This document shows positions 29,254 through 39,151 of a DNA stretch of 64,000 bases, one piece after another (the first letter of the stretch is position 1; the number at the start of each line of letters is the position of its first letter). Below the pieces are notes generated by a model. That model ran no database searches. It was not told the origin of the DNA and saw nothing but the letters and a program-made list of their open reading frames with translations. This DNA comes from an uncultured Candidatus Saccharibacteria bacterium (GTDB lineage: Bacteria; Patescibacteriota; Minisyncoccia; UBA6257; 1-14-0-10-44-23). The stretch lies in contig CAZJVT010000002.1 of the NCBI GenBank assembly GCA_964549935.1, positions 121,336 through 185,335 on the forward strand, written 5' to 3'. The translations under genes were made by a program, and so were the position numbers.

Positions 29254-30591
29254 ATGGCAACAAAACTCCCTCCACAAAACTTAGAGGCTGAAGAATCCGT
29301 CCTCGGCGGATTGATGATCGACCACACCGCCATAATCCGCGTCGCGGATATTCTTAAGACTGAAGATTTTTATAAGCCGGTACACGCCGCTATTTACGGT
29401 GCCTTTTTGAAATTATTTGAAAAGCGTCAGCCAATCGACATTTTGACGGTTACCAATGCGCTCAAAGAAGCCGGCCAACTGGAAAGTGTTGGCGGCGCGA
29501 CCTACCTAACCAGCCTTGCCGAACGCGTCCCGACCGCGAGCCACATCGAGCACTACGCCAAACTCGTAAAAGAAAAGAAAATCCTACGTGAGCTCATCAA
29601 TACTTCGGCGGAGATAAGCGAGGGGGCCTTCGCCTCCCCCGAGGACATTGCCACGCTGCTCGACCAAATCGAGAGCAAAATCTTTTCAATTTCGCAGGGC
29701 TCTGTCAGCCAAAAGTTTTTCCAAATTAAAGACGAGTTGAAGTCGGCCTACGAGCGTATCGAGCGCCTCCACCAAGGCGACGGCTCAATGCGCGGCGTCC
29801 CAACCGGTTTTACGGGACTCGACAACATTCTTTCTGGCTTCCAAAAGTCTGACCTGGTCATCATCGGCGCCCGTCCGTCTGTCGGTAAGACCTCGCTCGT
29901 GTTAAACATGGCGGCCCACGCGGCCATCAAGTGCGGACTCCCCGTCGGTATTTTCAGTATCGAAATGAGTCGTGAACAGGTCGTCGACCGTATCATCGCC
30001 GCCGAAGCCGGCGTCGCGCTTTGGAAACTCCGCACCGGTAAGCTGCGCGATGAAAACGACTTTGCCTTAATTCAAAACTCACTTGATACCTTGTCGCGCA
30101 CGCCGCTGTTTATCGACGACAGCCCGAGCCCGTCAATTCTCCAAATGCGCGCGATGGCCCGCCGCCTGCAATCCGAACACGGATTGGCGATGATCATCGT
30201 CGACTACCTCCAGCTCATTCAACCGAAAACCGGCAGCGACAACGTCGTCAGCCAGATCACCGAAATCAGCCGCGGACTCAAAGGACTCGCTCGTGAACTC
30301 AACGTGCCGGTTATCGCGCTTTCCCAGCTCTCCCGTGGCGTTGAAAGCCGCGAGACCGGAATCCCACGCCTAGCCGACCTGCGCGACTCCGGCTCTATCG
30401 AACAAGACGCCGACGTCGTTATGTTCATCTACCGTAAAGACCGCAACAAAGTCGGCCTCGACCCGGCAGACGAAAACATCGCCGAACTTATCGTCGCTAA
30501 GCACCGTAACGGTCCGCTCGGCACCGTCCAGGTCCGCTTCGACCCCGACACGACCACGTTTAAAAATATCGACACCCGCCATGCCGCATAA
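29254..30591 (+). CDS. dnaB: Replicative DNA helicase DnaB
   Basis: GARPSVGKT, IVDYLQL, LSQLSR, DLRDSGSIEQDAD, KHRNGP. Confidence 0.97.
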   Translation: MATKLPPQNLEAEESVLGGLMIDHTAIIRVADILKTEDFYKPVHAAIYGAFLKLFEKRQPIDILTVTNALKEAGQLESVGGATYLTSLAERVPTASHIEHYAKLVKEKKILRELINTSAEISEGAFASPEDIATLLDQIESKIFSISQGSVSQKFFQIKDELKSAYERIERLHQGDGSMRGVPTGFTGLDNILSGFQKSDLVIIGARPSVGKTSLVLNMAAHAAIKCGLPVGIFSIEMSREQVVDRIIAAEAGVALWKLRTGKLRDENDFALIQNSLDTLSRTPLFIDDSPSPSILQMRAMARRLQSEHGLAMIIVDYLQLIQPKTGSDNVVSQITEISRGLKGLARELNVPVIALSQLSRGVESRETGIPRLADLRDSGSIEQDADVVMFIYRKDRNKVGLDPADENIAELIVAKHRNGPLGTVQVRFDPDTTTFKNIDTRHAA

Positions 30592-30952
30592 TTTCAAGCT
30601 CCCATTTAACATGGAATCGGTAGTCCATAAAGTTTCAGTGACTAGCGCAGTGAACGCCCCACTTTGGGCTTGCGGCGTCATTGCTCTGCCTGCTTTTTTC
30701 CTTGCAACCTACAATGAAGGCTGGCTTAAAATTGCTTTTTTTGTTGTCGGAGGAGTACTCATACTAACGTTTGTCGGTAGCTACTTACTCTTCGCGATCC
30801 GAAATCCTGATTACTTACGCTCGGAAGAATATCAACTAAAAAAAGAGTCTTTAAAGCTATTGGGAGATAGAGATAACCCTTTGCACGCAGAAGCTAATGA
30901 CTTAGTCGCCGTTGTAAATAATCCTGTTTTGCCGCCGCCGGCGAACGACTAA
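30581..30952 (+). CDS. Small membrane protein, AT-rich insertion
   Basis: Two TMs followed by NPDYLRSEEYQLK. Confidence 0.65.
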   Translation: MPHNFKLPFNMESVVHKVSVTSAVNAPLWACGVIALPAFFLATYNEGWLKIAFFVVGGVLILTFVGSYLLFAIRNPDYLRSEEYQLKKESLKLLGDRDNPLHAEANDLVAVVNNPVLPPPAND

Positions 30953-30956
30953 ATTC

Positions 30957-31241
30957 ATGAAGCTCTATCTGGTAACATATAATTCTGATGCTGTCGTCGA
31001 CCGGGCATCTTTTCATAAATTCATAACTGGTCTTTATCCAGCGTATTTCACTGATTGGTGGCACTACTTAGACAATGTCTATATTATTGCTACTAATCTT
31101 GATGTGAATAAGTTATATAATTTGGTATATCCAGTTATCCCAAACCAGAAGCTATTGATAATTGAAATTGAGCCAAGTAATAATCAAGGATGGCTCCACC
31201 CAGATGCATGGAAGTGGATCAATAAATACAGAGCGCAATGA
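30957..31241 (+). CDS. Small protein, possibly Cas2/VapD-like ferredoxin fold
   Basis: YLVTY...WWHYLDNVYII...LLIIEI...QGWL...W.W pattern; AT-rich. Confidence 0.5.
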   Translation: MKLYLVTYNSDAVVDRASFHKFITGLYPAYFTDWWHYLDNVYIIATNLDVNKLYNLVYPVIPNQKLLIIEIEPSNNQGWLHPDAWKWINKYRAQ

Positions 31242-31819
31242 CCCCGGAAGCAATCAAAAAACTTGCGGCGTTGCTCGCGCAGCTTCCCTCGCTCGGTCCG
31301 CGTCAGGCCACGCGTCTCGCCTTTCATATCGCCGGGATGCAGACCGCCGAGGTTGCCGAACTGGCTAAAACAATCGCCGAAACTGCAAAGCTCAAGCGCT
31401 GCACGCAGTGCTTTAGAATTGACGCGCTCGAGAGTGGCAAGTGCACTATTTGCGCTAACCCGCGCCGCGAGCAAAACCTCGTTGCCATCGTCGAAAAAGA
31501 AACCGACGTCTTAACGTTAGAAAAAACAAAGGCCTTTAAAGGACGCTACCTGGTCCTTGGCGACCTGCCGAAGGACGGAATCCTTAGTGGCGAGCAAAAG
31601 CGTCGCCTGGCCAACCTCCACGGCAGTGGCACGCTCGCAGAAGTCGTCATCGCCTTCTCGCCAACTACCTACGGCGACTTAAACGCCAGCATCGTCTCCA
31701 ATGCCCTGCGGGGAGCGACACAAAAAATCACCCGCCTTGCCCGCGGTATCCCAACCGGCGGCGAAATTGAATTCGCGGATGAAGACACGCTTTCGGCAGC
31801 GCTTAAGAACCGGAACTAA
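31238..31819 (+). CDS. recR: Recombination protein RecR
   Basis: LPSLGPRQATRLAF, CxxC...CxIC zinc finger, TRLARGIPTGGEIEFADEDTL. Confidence 0.93.
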   Translation: MTPEAIKKLAALLAQLPSLGPRQATRLAFHIAGMQTAEVAELAKTIAETAKLKRCTQCFRIDALESGKCTICANPRREQNLVAIVEKETDVLTLEKTKAFKGRYLVLGDLPKDGILSGEQKRRLANLHGSGTLAEVVIAFSPTTYGDLNASIVSNALRGATQKITRLARGIPTGGEIEFADEDTLSAALKNRN

Positions 31820-32396
31820 CGATAATCGCTCTGCCGGTAAATCCTTTTTTAAACTCCTCCAGCGGAACGAGTCGGTTTTCCCAATTCTGTTCTTTTATTT
31901 TTGACGTGTGGTGCACGTAAAACCCGCGTAGCTCGCCTCCCTGCTCCTCGAAGCCAACGACAACCGCAAGATGCCCGCCGTACTTTTTCCAAAATAAAAT
32001 TTTCTCTTTTAATGATTTGTTATTTTTGAACGCCCATTTTATAGAAATAATGGGGAGCTGACGGTTTTCTAAAGCTTCGCGTAACTCCTGCACGGTAAAG
32101 TGAGCGGCGCGCGCCTTATAATCAAAACTCTCGAGTAATCCCACGAGTCCCTGGTGACTCCAGCCTGCACTATCGCTATATGCCCCGCGAGCAAGGCCAA
32201 GGGCAATAAGTTTCTTAACAGAGGGCGTGAGCGGCTCCTTGCGACTCAACCGGAAACTATCCATTGCCATTTTCGAACACAAAATCCCGCAGCAGGACTG
32301 CATCCAATACGCCGCGTCTTCACGGCTGACGTATCCGAGCTTGTGCCACTCATCTAAATCCCAGTGTTGTCCGTAAAACGGAACTTGCATCTGCAT
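31803..32396 (-). CDS. C39-like cysteine peptidase
   Basis: VPFYGQ, CCGILCSKM, GHLAVVVG. Confidence 0.75.
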   Translation of the reverse strand: MQMQVPFYGQHWDLDEWHKLGYVSREDAAYWMQSCCGILCSKMAMDSFRLSRKEPLTPSVKKLIALGLARGAYSDSAGWSHQGLVGLLESFDYKARAAHFTVQELREALENRQLPIISIKWAFKNNKSLKEKILFWKKYGGHLAVVVGFEEQGGELRGFYVHHTSKIKEQNWENRLVPLEEFKKGFTGRAIIVSSGS

Positions 32397-32437
32397 TGCA
32401 AAATTATAACAGCTCCCGAAGGAGCTGTTATATATCA

Positions 32438-32746
32438 TTACTTGATTCCCGTAATCTCAACCTCGGTAAAAGGTTGTCTGTGGGTGTTCTTGGTGCGGCG
32501 GCGGGTCTTGCTCTTGTACTTGAAAACGATGACCTTGTCGTGGCGACCCTGCTGAACGATCTTGGCTGAAACAGCGGCGCCGGCAACAACCGGGGTACCG
32601 AGCTTCATAGCCTCTCCGTCAACGGTCAAATAAACCTGATCAAAGGTTACGGTGTCACCGACGGCTCCAAGAAGCTTCTCAATTTTAAGCTTGTCTCCTG
32701 GCTGCACGCGATACTGCTTTCCTCCTGTGTGAATGACTGCGAACAT
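32438..32746 (-). CDS. rplU: 50S ribosomal protein L21
   Basis: MFAVIHTGGKQYRV...HRQPFT. Confidence 0.97.
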   Translation of the reverse strand: MFAVIHTGGKQYRVQPGDKLKIEKLLGAVGDTVTFDQVYLTVDGEAMKLGTPVVAGAAVSAKIVQQGRHDKVIVFKYKSKTRRRTKNTHRQPFTEVEITGIK

Positions 32747-32773
32747 ATAAATAAAAAATGCCTCAAAGGACTT

Positions 32774-33094
32774 TTATTGGTTGTTGACTACAATAACAAA
32801 TACGGCTACAAAAAGCAAGAGGGCGACCATTAAGCCTGTGATACTAAGCCCCAGAGCGAAAAATCCCTCTCGTTTCGACAGCGAACGCGCGAGCAGATAG
32901 TTCAGCAAAACGACGACTCCCCCGGTTACCACGGCACCGATGACATCAGCCTGCGAACCGGTATAATCCGGCTGACCGGCCTGCGTAAAGTGCAAAATCA
33001 ACTCGTTGCTCGGCGACAAATGTAAGTAGCCGTACCCGCCAGCGGCCAGTAAGATAACAACCGCTATAAGAAATAAGATGTTAATTAAACGCAT
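32774..33094 (-). CDS. Hypothetical membrane protein
   Basis: Three TMs with LILHF...G.PD motif. Confidence 0.65.
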   Translation of the reverse strand: MRLINILFLIAVVILLAAGGYGYLHLSPSNELILHFTQAGQPDYTGSQADVIGAVVTGGVVVLLNYLLARSLSKREGFFALGLSITGLMVALLLFVAVFVIVVNNQ

Positions 33095-33098
33095 GGTG

Positions 33099-33524
33099 TT
33101 AAACGTTATCAATCAGCACCACCTTTTCTTTGAATGCCTTAATGAGCGGTGCGTGAACCCATAGAATATCTTTATTCGGCAGATCTTTCAAATCAAACCA
33201 CTCCCACTCCGAAAACTTTTCCGGCTCCATCAGCTTCGGCTCCCCGCTTACGCCGGTAGCCAGCATACCGAAGTGGATATACGGCTCCTCGCGGTTGTTG
33301 TTATTAAACACAACGACAAACTCCGCCGAAGCGGCCACCAGCCCAGTCTCTTCCTTGAGTTCCCGCAGCGCCGCCTGTACGACCGTCTCGCTCTTTTCCA
33401 AGTGCCCACCGGGCAGACCCCAAAAACCGGCACCAAAGGTGTTTTGTCGCTTGCCCAAAAGTATCTTCCCGTCTTTCACGACGAAGACATCAACCGCAGT
33501 AGTGAATTGGAGTCTAGAGGGCAT
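33099..33524 (-). CDS. NUDIX hydrolase (MutT/NUDT15-like)
   Basis: PGGHLEKSETVVQAALRELKEETGL; MEPEKFSEWEWF. Confidence 0.9.
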   Translation of the reverse strand: MPSRLQFTTAVDVFVVKDGKILLGKRQNTFGAGFWGLPGGHLEKSETVVQAALRELKEETGLVAASAEFVVVFNNNNREEPYIHFGMLATGVSGEPKLMEPEKFSEWEWFDLKDLPNKDILWVHAPLIKAFKEKVVLIDNV

Positions 33525-34107
33525 AATGCTTTTTAAACTCCTCCATCGAGTTATACAAGTGCGCATTCATACCAAAGGCCTTAGCCGCGGCGACGTTTTT
33601 CGCATCGTCATCCCAGAAGTCGATTTCACTTGGCTTCAGCTTGAGGTCTTTGGCGATATGTTCAAAGAACTTCGGGTCCGGTTTTTTGAGACCGACTCGC
33701 GCCGAAGAAAAGCGGTGCTCCTCATTGAACCACTTGCCGATCCCCTTCTTATGCAATAGGTCGTGCGTCCGATACTTCTCATTATTTGTCCCAAGGCCAC
33801 AGATAATGCCCTGCTGCTTGAAGTTATTAATAACGGCATCAAAGCGGTGGTCGACACGGTTTGAGTCCTCGTGGAACCAGTACTCAAAAAGCTCATCGAT
33901 GCTCTTCTCCCACTTCCACTCGGGAAGTACTGCCTGCACCTCCTCGCGCAAATCCGCGTGCCCGGTCAAACACTTCTGAAACGGCCCGCCGAAAAAACGG
34001 TCAAACGACTCCGCCGCCGGCGCACCCGCCGACTTCATAAGCCGTGAACTTAAAAACTCGCTGATTACGAGAACCCCGTCTGCGTCGAAAATGATTGCTT
34101 TGGGCAT
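33514..34107 (-). CDS. HAD-superfamily hydrolase
   Basis: FDADGVL, GTN, KKPDP, WDDDAKNV. Confidence 0.9.
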   Translation of the reverse strand: MPKAIIFDADGVLVISEFLSSRLMKSAGAPAAESFDRFFGGPFQKCLTGHADLREEVQAVLPEWKWEKSIDELFEYWFHEDSNRVDHRFDAVINNFKQQGIICGLGTNNEKYRTHDLLHKKGIGKWFNEEHRFSSARVGLKKPDPKFFEHIAKDLKLKPSEIDFWDDDAKNVAAAKAFGMNAHLYNSMEEFKKHYAL

Positions 34108-34110
34108 ATC

Positions 34111-34893
34111 CTAGAGAGGCTTAGAAAACTTAATAATCATAAAGGCCGGTATTTTGCTAAGCTTAGCATAATCGAACGATGATACTTTTTTCATCACAGC
34201 TTGCGGCTTGGGTTCAACAAATTGATCTATCAAAAACCCAGCGTTTTTCGCTTCGGAGAAAATTTCCCCTAGCGGCTTGTGCCACGTAGTGACTGGCCCT
34301 ATGCTTTCTTGATGATCATTTATTTTTTTCGTTGACAAATAATCACCAATAATCTCTATATCATGGGCATCTTTTGAGATGACGGTGGCTAGCTGCCTTA
34401 CTTTACGACGCGCAGAATCTTCGGTCACAACACGTGCAGTATTGACTGGATGGAAACAAGAAAGGAGAAAAGATCCGCCCGGCTTCAAAACTCTAAAAAC
34501 CTCTGCGAGCCCCTTCTCCCAGTTTTGAAGATAATGCATCGCTAGACTAGAGTACGCAAAATCAAAATACTCTTTTTTAAAATCAAGTTGCTCAATGCTC
34601 ATCACACGGAAATCAGAACCAGGATAGCTTTTGCTAGCAATTTCAATCATTCCTTTGGCGATGTCGATACCAACAACCTCTCTGGGACCTAAAGACTTTA
34701 AGTGTTGTACGTCTTCGCCAGTCCCACAACCCAAACTAATAATTTTTTTGCCAGATAGATCTGGTAAAAGTGCATACATCGCTGGCTTCTCATATAAAGA
34801 ATGGTAAACGGACCCTGCTTTGTCACGAACGTGCTTAGCATAAGCCAACGCATTTTTGCTATACATGCGAATAGTTTTTTGGTCGGTAGCCAT
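34111..34893 (-). CDS. Class I SAM-dependent methyltransferase
   Basis: LGCGTG, GIDIA, RVLKPGG. Confidence 0.9.
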   Translation of the reverse strand: MATDQKTIRMYSKNALAYAKHVRDKAGSVYHSLYEKPAMYALLPDLSGKKIISLGCGTGEDVQHLKSLGPREVVGIDIAKGMIEIASKSYPGSDFRVMSIEQLDFKKEYFDFAYSSLAMHYLQNWEKGLAEVFRVLKPGGSFLLSCFHPVNTARVVTEDSARRKVRQLATVISKDAHDIEIIGDYLSTKKINDHQESIGPVTTWHKPLGEIFSEAKNAGFLIDQFVEPKPQAVMKKVSSFDYAKLSKIPAFMIIKFSKPL

Positions 34894-34904
34894 AGATTTT
34901 TCGC

Positions 34905-34980
34905 TGGCGCTCTCACGGGGAATCGAACCCCGATTTCGCCCGTGAGAGGGGCGCTTCCTAAGCCATTAGAAGATGAGAGC
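34905..34980 (-). tRNA. tRNA-Glu(CTC)
   Basis: Acceptor GCTCTCA/TGAGAGC, anticodon arm CGCCC-CTCTCAC-GGGCG, T arm CGGGG-TTCGATT-CCCCG, CCA. Confidence 0.93.
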
Positions 34981-35077
34981 AGTGGAGATATAATACAAAA
35001 CTTTGACAAAAAAATCAATTTCCGCAAAGATAAATGTCTGTGAGCCTCGCTTCGGGGCTCGAGAAAGGAGAAGGCCC

Positions 35078-35419
35078 ATTAATACTTCAACTTGGCGTAC
35101 CAAACCGCATCCCGGCAAGATGCTGGCATCAATGCGACTCGGATTCGATTACATCGAAGAGTACAACGCCTTCGTTCGGATCGGTCCTGTCGGCCCGGGA
35201 AATCCGGGGAAGCATCGAATCGAAACTCGAGACCGCTCCATGCGCGTTCCCGCTAGATCGGAAACCAAGTCCGGAGAGCGCCGCGCCAGACGCTACTTCG
35301 TGCTTGACGCTCTCGCAGGCGACAAGCGCCAGTGGTTCCTAAGGCACCTTGCCCCCTTCCTGAACGAACCGGGCGTCTACTACGTCGACGACGGCTTCAA
35401 GGTCGTTCCGGCCACCTAG
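35078..35419 (+). CDS. Orphan protein in a GC-rich cassette (start uncertain: ATT 35078 or ATG 35120)
   Basis: C/G-ending codons; SD AAGGAG; terminator at ~35447-35475. Confidence 0.5.
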   Translation: MNTSTWRTKPHPGKMLASMRLGFDYIEEYNAFVRIGPVGPGNPGKHRIETRDRSMRVPARSETKSGERRARRYFVLDALAGDKRQWFLRHLAPFLNEPGVYYVDDGFKVVPAT

Positions 35420-35722
35420 CGCGGGAGCTCGTCGCGACGACCCGAAAGGAGTTCGTCCCGTGACGGGCTCCTTTTCGTTCTGACCGAAATCACTCCGTTA
35501 CAGTGTACTAGTACACTGTAACATGGTCAGATGAGATTTTTCGGAGTAAATTTAAGCTCAAATTCTCACGGCTCAACGGCGCGCCGTTGACCCGTGAGAT
35601 CCCTGGTGGCCTTGTGACAGAAGGCTTGCACCCAACGGCTCAACGGGCCGCCGTTGAGCCGTTCAGCCTAAAAACCCTTATCCCGTCTACTCTCCCCCTA
35701 TCTACTGTCTACTAAATACTAA

Positions 35723-37018
35723 CTACTGCGCGCGAAGCGCGCTCACCGCCTTGCTCAAGTGAATACCGTGTGAGGCCTTAACAAGCACTAGGTCGCCGGG
35801 CTTGATAAACTCCCCGATGTTCTGGAGCGCCGAGACGTTTTCGACATACATACAATTTTTCTTAGCGATACGCGCCTTACTCGCCGCATCAGCGTAGTAC
35901 TTGGCCTGCGGGCCGACGGCGATAATCACGTCAAAAATCTTAGCGGCAAGCGCACCGATCTCCTTGTGCGCCGGCACCGAGAAGCTGCCGAGCTCGAGCA
36001 TATCCCCGATGATGGCGATTTTGCGCGCGGCCTTAATTTCTTTAACTGTCTCGATAGCGAGGCGCAGCGAGAGCGGCGAGGCGTTATAGCTGTCGTCAAT
36101 AATCGTGCTCTTATTAATCCCCGGCAAAAACTGCATACGCGAGTGCGGCGGTTTGTAGTACGCGAGCGCCTCGGAGACGTCTACGAGGTTTAAGTTAAAG
36201 GCGAGACCGACACAGGCGGCGGCCGCGGCTGAATAGGCCTGCGAGTAACCGAGCGTTCCGTTAATGCGCACCGGCACAAACGCACCGTCGTACCCCAATT
36301 TAAAAACGATACCAGTTGGTTTTAAAATACCGTCTTTGTTTTCTATTTTGTTTTCAAAATCAATTATGCGCACGTCGCAGTTTTCGGCGAAGCCAAATGT
36401 CAGCGAGGTGGCACGCGTCTTTTGGGCCATCACGCTCACGCGTAGCTCATCCCCGCTTAATACCGCCAGCCCGCTGGCCGGCAAAGCCTCGACGAGGTGC
36501 GCCTTTTCTTTTGCCACCGCCTCGGCGGTCGGATAAAACTCCACGTGTACCGGAATGTCGCCGACGGCGGTTACCACGCTGATGTTTGGTTTTACGATTT
36601 TCGTTAAGTAGGACAAATCCCCCGATTTGTCGGCGGCGTACTCAAGCACGAGCACCTCCGGGTAGAGCTTCTTCCATCCAAAGGCCAAGCGGAAAGAGCT
36701 GGTGATGATGATCCGCGAGAAAAACAGCACCTTCTGCCCCGCCGTTGGCGGGTTAGTAACATCGCGCGAGATAACCTCGAGCTCCTTTTCAGTCCAATCG
36801 CCGAGTACTGTCAGCGGCACGCCATACTCGCTGTTGAAGTTGCCGACATTGCAACGCGCCCGCTTCTTCTTCTCAAGAATGGCAAAAATAGCCTCTTTGG
36901 TTGAGGTCTTGCCGACGCTTCCGGTTACACCGATAACGACCGGCTTAAACTTGGCGATGGTCTTGTGGGCCAGCCAATTTATGATGCTTGTGAGTAGTAC
37001 CTTCAGCTTTTTCTGCAT
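35723..37018 (-). CDS. murF: UDP-N-acetylmuramoyl-tripeptide--D-Ala-D-Ala ligase
   Basis: GVTGSVGKTSTKE, DDSYNASP, GDMLELG, LVKAS. Confidence 0.9.
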   Translation of the reverse strand: MQKKLKVLLTSIINWLAHKTIAKFKPVVIGVTGSVGKTSTKEAIFAILEKKKRARCNVGNFNSEYGVPLTVLGDWTEKELEVISRDVTNPPTAGQKVLFFSRIIITSSFRLAFGWKKLYPEVLVLEYAADKSGDLSYLTKIVKPNISVVTAVGDIPVHVEFYPTAEAVAKEKAHLVEALPASGLAVLSGDELRVSVMAQKTRATSLTFGFAENCDVRIIDFENKIENKDGILKPTGIVFKLGYDGAFVPVRINGTLGYSQAYSAAAAACVGLAFNLNLVDVSEALAYYKPPHSRMQFLPGINKSTIIDDSYNASPLSLRLAIETVKEIKAARKIAIIGDMLELGSFSVPAHKEIGALAAKIFDVIIAVGPQAKYYADAASKARIAKKNCMYVENVSALQNIGEFIKPGDLVLVKASHGIHLSKAVSALRAQ

Positions 37019-37059
37019 ACCTTATATCTTAGTCAAAAATGATAGAATAAGCCACCTAG

Positions 37060-37163
37060 CAAATCCGAAATTCGAATATCGAAATCCGAAACGTTCCTGA
37101 TTAAATAATTTAAAGATTGAGCTCTTTTGTTTCGAGCTTCGTGCTTCGGATTTCGAATTTGAA
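37060..37163. repeat. Paired inverted 7-mer arrays (aaatccg/cggattt)
   Basis: aaatccgaaattcgaatatcgaaatccgaaac ... gtttcgagcttcgtgcttcggatttcgaattt. Confidence 0.75.
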
Positions 37164-37166
37164 AAG

Positions 37167-38810
37167 TTACGGTTTTTCGTTATCCGGCGGAACGGTGTAG
37201 TAGTTGAGCAGGAACTCGGCGAGGTCATGGAAGGCCGGAACAACGGTGGTGCCGGCGAGCGGTGCGTTTTCCGGTTCGTTTAATTTAATCAGCGCGATAA
37301 AGCGCGGCTTACTCGCGGGAGCAAAGCCGATGTAGGTATTGATAACCTTGTCGCTGTAGCCGCCGTGCACAAAGTCCGGAACAAAGGCGGTGCCTGTTTT
37401 ACCCGCGACGGTGTAGTTTGGAATCGCGGCAATCTTGGCTTTTGTAACCGCCGAGACCATCATCGCCGTCACCTGCTTCGCCGTCTCCGGCTTAATCACC
37501 TGCCAGGACTTTTTAGTATCCATTCCTTCGACAATATATGGCTCGTGAATCACGCCACCGTTAGCAATCGCCGAAAGCGCCGCGATTAAGCGAATCGGGG
37601 TAACCGCCACACCTTGTCCGTAGGAGGCCGTGGCGAAGTTGATGTCACGCGGATACTTTTCGAGCGGTGTCAGCCGACCACTCGCCTCGCCCGGCAAGCT
37701 GATGCCGGTTGGCTCTTTAAGAGCGAACTTAATTAAGTAGTTGTAAAACGTTTTGTGTCCGGTCTTTTTTTCTGCGAAGACCGTACCGGTGTTAATGGAC
37801 TGCTCGATGACGTTGGTCATCGTCAGCGTGCCGTGCGACAAAAGATCCCAGTTTTTGATCGTCTTGCCATCGGCGGTAAAGTAACCGGGGTCGTAAAACG
37901 TTGTCTCCGGAGTAATCGCACCGGTATCGATACCGATTGCCATCGTGAGCGGCTTAAACACCGAGCCCGGCTCGTAGAGCCCCTGTACCGCTGGGTTGAT
38001 GAAGTTTTCAAGCGGACTCTTACCGAAGTCGCTCGGGTCGAACGTCGGATAATTCGTCATCGCCAAAATTTTGCCGGTTGCGGGCTCCTCGACGATAATT
38101 GTGCCGCCTTTTGCGCGCTTTTCTTTAACCAAATTTTCGAGCAAATCCTCGGCGTGCTGCTGAATGTTTTGGTCAATCGTGAGCTGCACGGCCTTGCCCG
38201 GCTCCGGCGCGGTTACGACGCGTTCTTCGTCCAACTTACCCGGCACGCCCGCCAGACTGTCGTTTAAAAACTTTTCGATGCCGTACTGCCCCGCCGGCAA
38301 AGTGCTTTCATCCTTTTGGCTCACAAAGCCGACGACCTGCGCCGCCACTGTACCGAAAGGATACTTACGCCCGCGCTTAGTCGTTGCATACACGCCTTTG
38401 ATGTCGGCAGTTTCAATCGCCTTTACCTGTTCGTCGGTCGCCTTAATCACGAGTTCCTTATATAAGCTCCCCGAACCCGTCTTCGTAAGTTTGGCGATCG
38501 TCTCCTCCAGATCAAGATCAAGCAGCGTGGCGACCTGCGTCCCGGCTTCGGTCGCGTCATCAATTTCTTTTGGAACGACGAAAATAATGTTGTAGTCCTG
38601 GTTTACGGCGAGCGGAATCGAACGACCTTCTTTATCAATCATCGCTATTGTCCCTCGCTCGGCTACCAAGTTGGAATTCAAAAGTTGCTGCGCCTTTGCC
38701 CGCGCCGAGTAGGTATCGGCGTGCATAATTTGCAGCGTATACAAAGTACCTATTAGAAACAAAAAAGCACACGCAGTGCCGCCGATCAACAATCCAAAAC
38801 GTATCCGCAT
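37167..38810 (-). CDS. ftsI: Class B penicillin-binding protein
   Basis: YEPGSVFKP (SxxK), SIN (SxN), GKTGTA; dcw context. Confidence 0.9.
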   Translation of the reverse strand: MRIRFGLLIGGTACAFLFLIGTLYTLQIMHADTYSARAKAQQLLNSNLVAERGTIAMIDKEGRSIPLAVNQDYNIIFVVPKEIDDATEAGTQVATLLDLDLEETIAKLTKTGSGSLYKELVIKATDEQVKAIETADIKGVYATTKRGRKYPFGTVAAQVVGFVSQKDESTLPAGQYGIEKFLNDSLAGVPGKLDEERVVTAPEPGKAVQLTIDQNIQQHAEDLLENLVKEKRAKGGTIIVEEPATGKILAMTNYPTFDPSDFGKSPLENFINPAVQGLYEPGSVFKPLTMAIGIDTGAITPETTFYDPGYFTADGKTIKNWDLLSHGTLTMTNVIEQSINTGTVFAEKKTGHKTFYNYLIKFALKEPTGISLPGEASGRLTPLEKYPRDINFATASYGQGVAVTPIRLIAALSAIANGGVIHEPYIVEGMDTKKSWQVIKPETAKQVTAMMVSAVTKAKIAAIPNYTVAGKTGTAFVPDFVHGGYSDKVINTYIGFAPASKPRFIALIKLNEPENAPLAGTTVVPAFHDLAEFLLNYYTVPPDNEKP

Positions 38811-38812
38811 GG

Positions 38813-39151
38813 TTACCGTTGTTCCAATAATGAAACTTTGGTCCCCTCGCGAACCGAGCCGTCGGCCAAAAAGGAGATGTAGTGCGGGTTGCTTTCTTTA
38901 ATATAACCAAGCCGCTCCGCCTGGGTAATAAGCGAGCGACTATCAATCATCGTGTACAAATCGTTTTTAAGCTTTGCGTTGGCGACATTCAGCTGGTCAA
39001 CCGTCTTAACGAGCTGATCACTGCCGCGGCGTGCGACGACCATCCGGTTGTAAAGGAAGATACTGGCTACGACGGAAACGACAATGACCCCGAGCAGGAT
39101 TTTAATCGCGCGCGAGGCGTAACGTTCCGGTTGTGCCTGTGAAATCGTCAT
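38813..39151 (-). CDS. FtsL-like bitopic coiled-coil protein
   Basis: TM plus coiled coil plus AERLG; position between rsmH and ftsI. Confidence 0.6.
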   Translation of the reverse strand: MTISQAQPERYASRAIKILLGVIVVSVVASIFLYNRMVVARRGSDQLVKTVDQLNVANAKLKNDLYTMIDSRSLITQAERLGYIKESNPHYISFLADGSVREGTKVSLLEQR

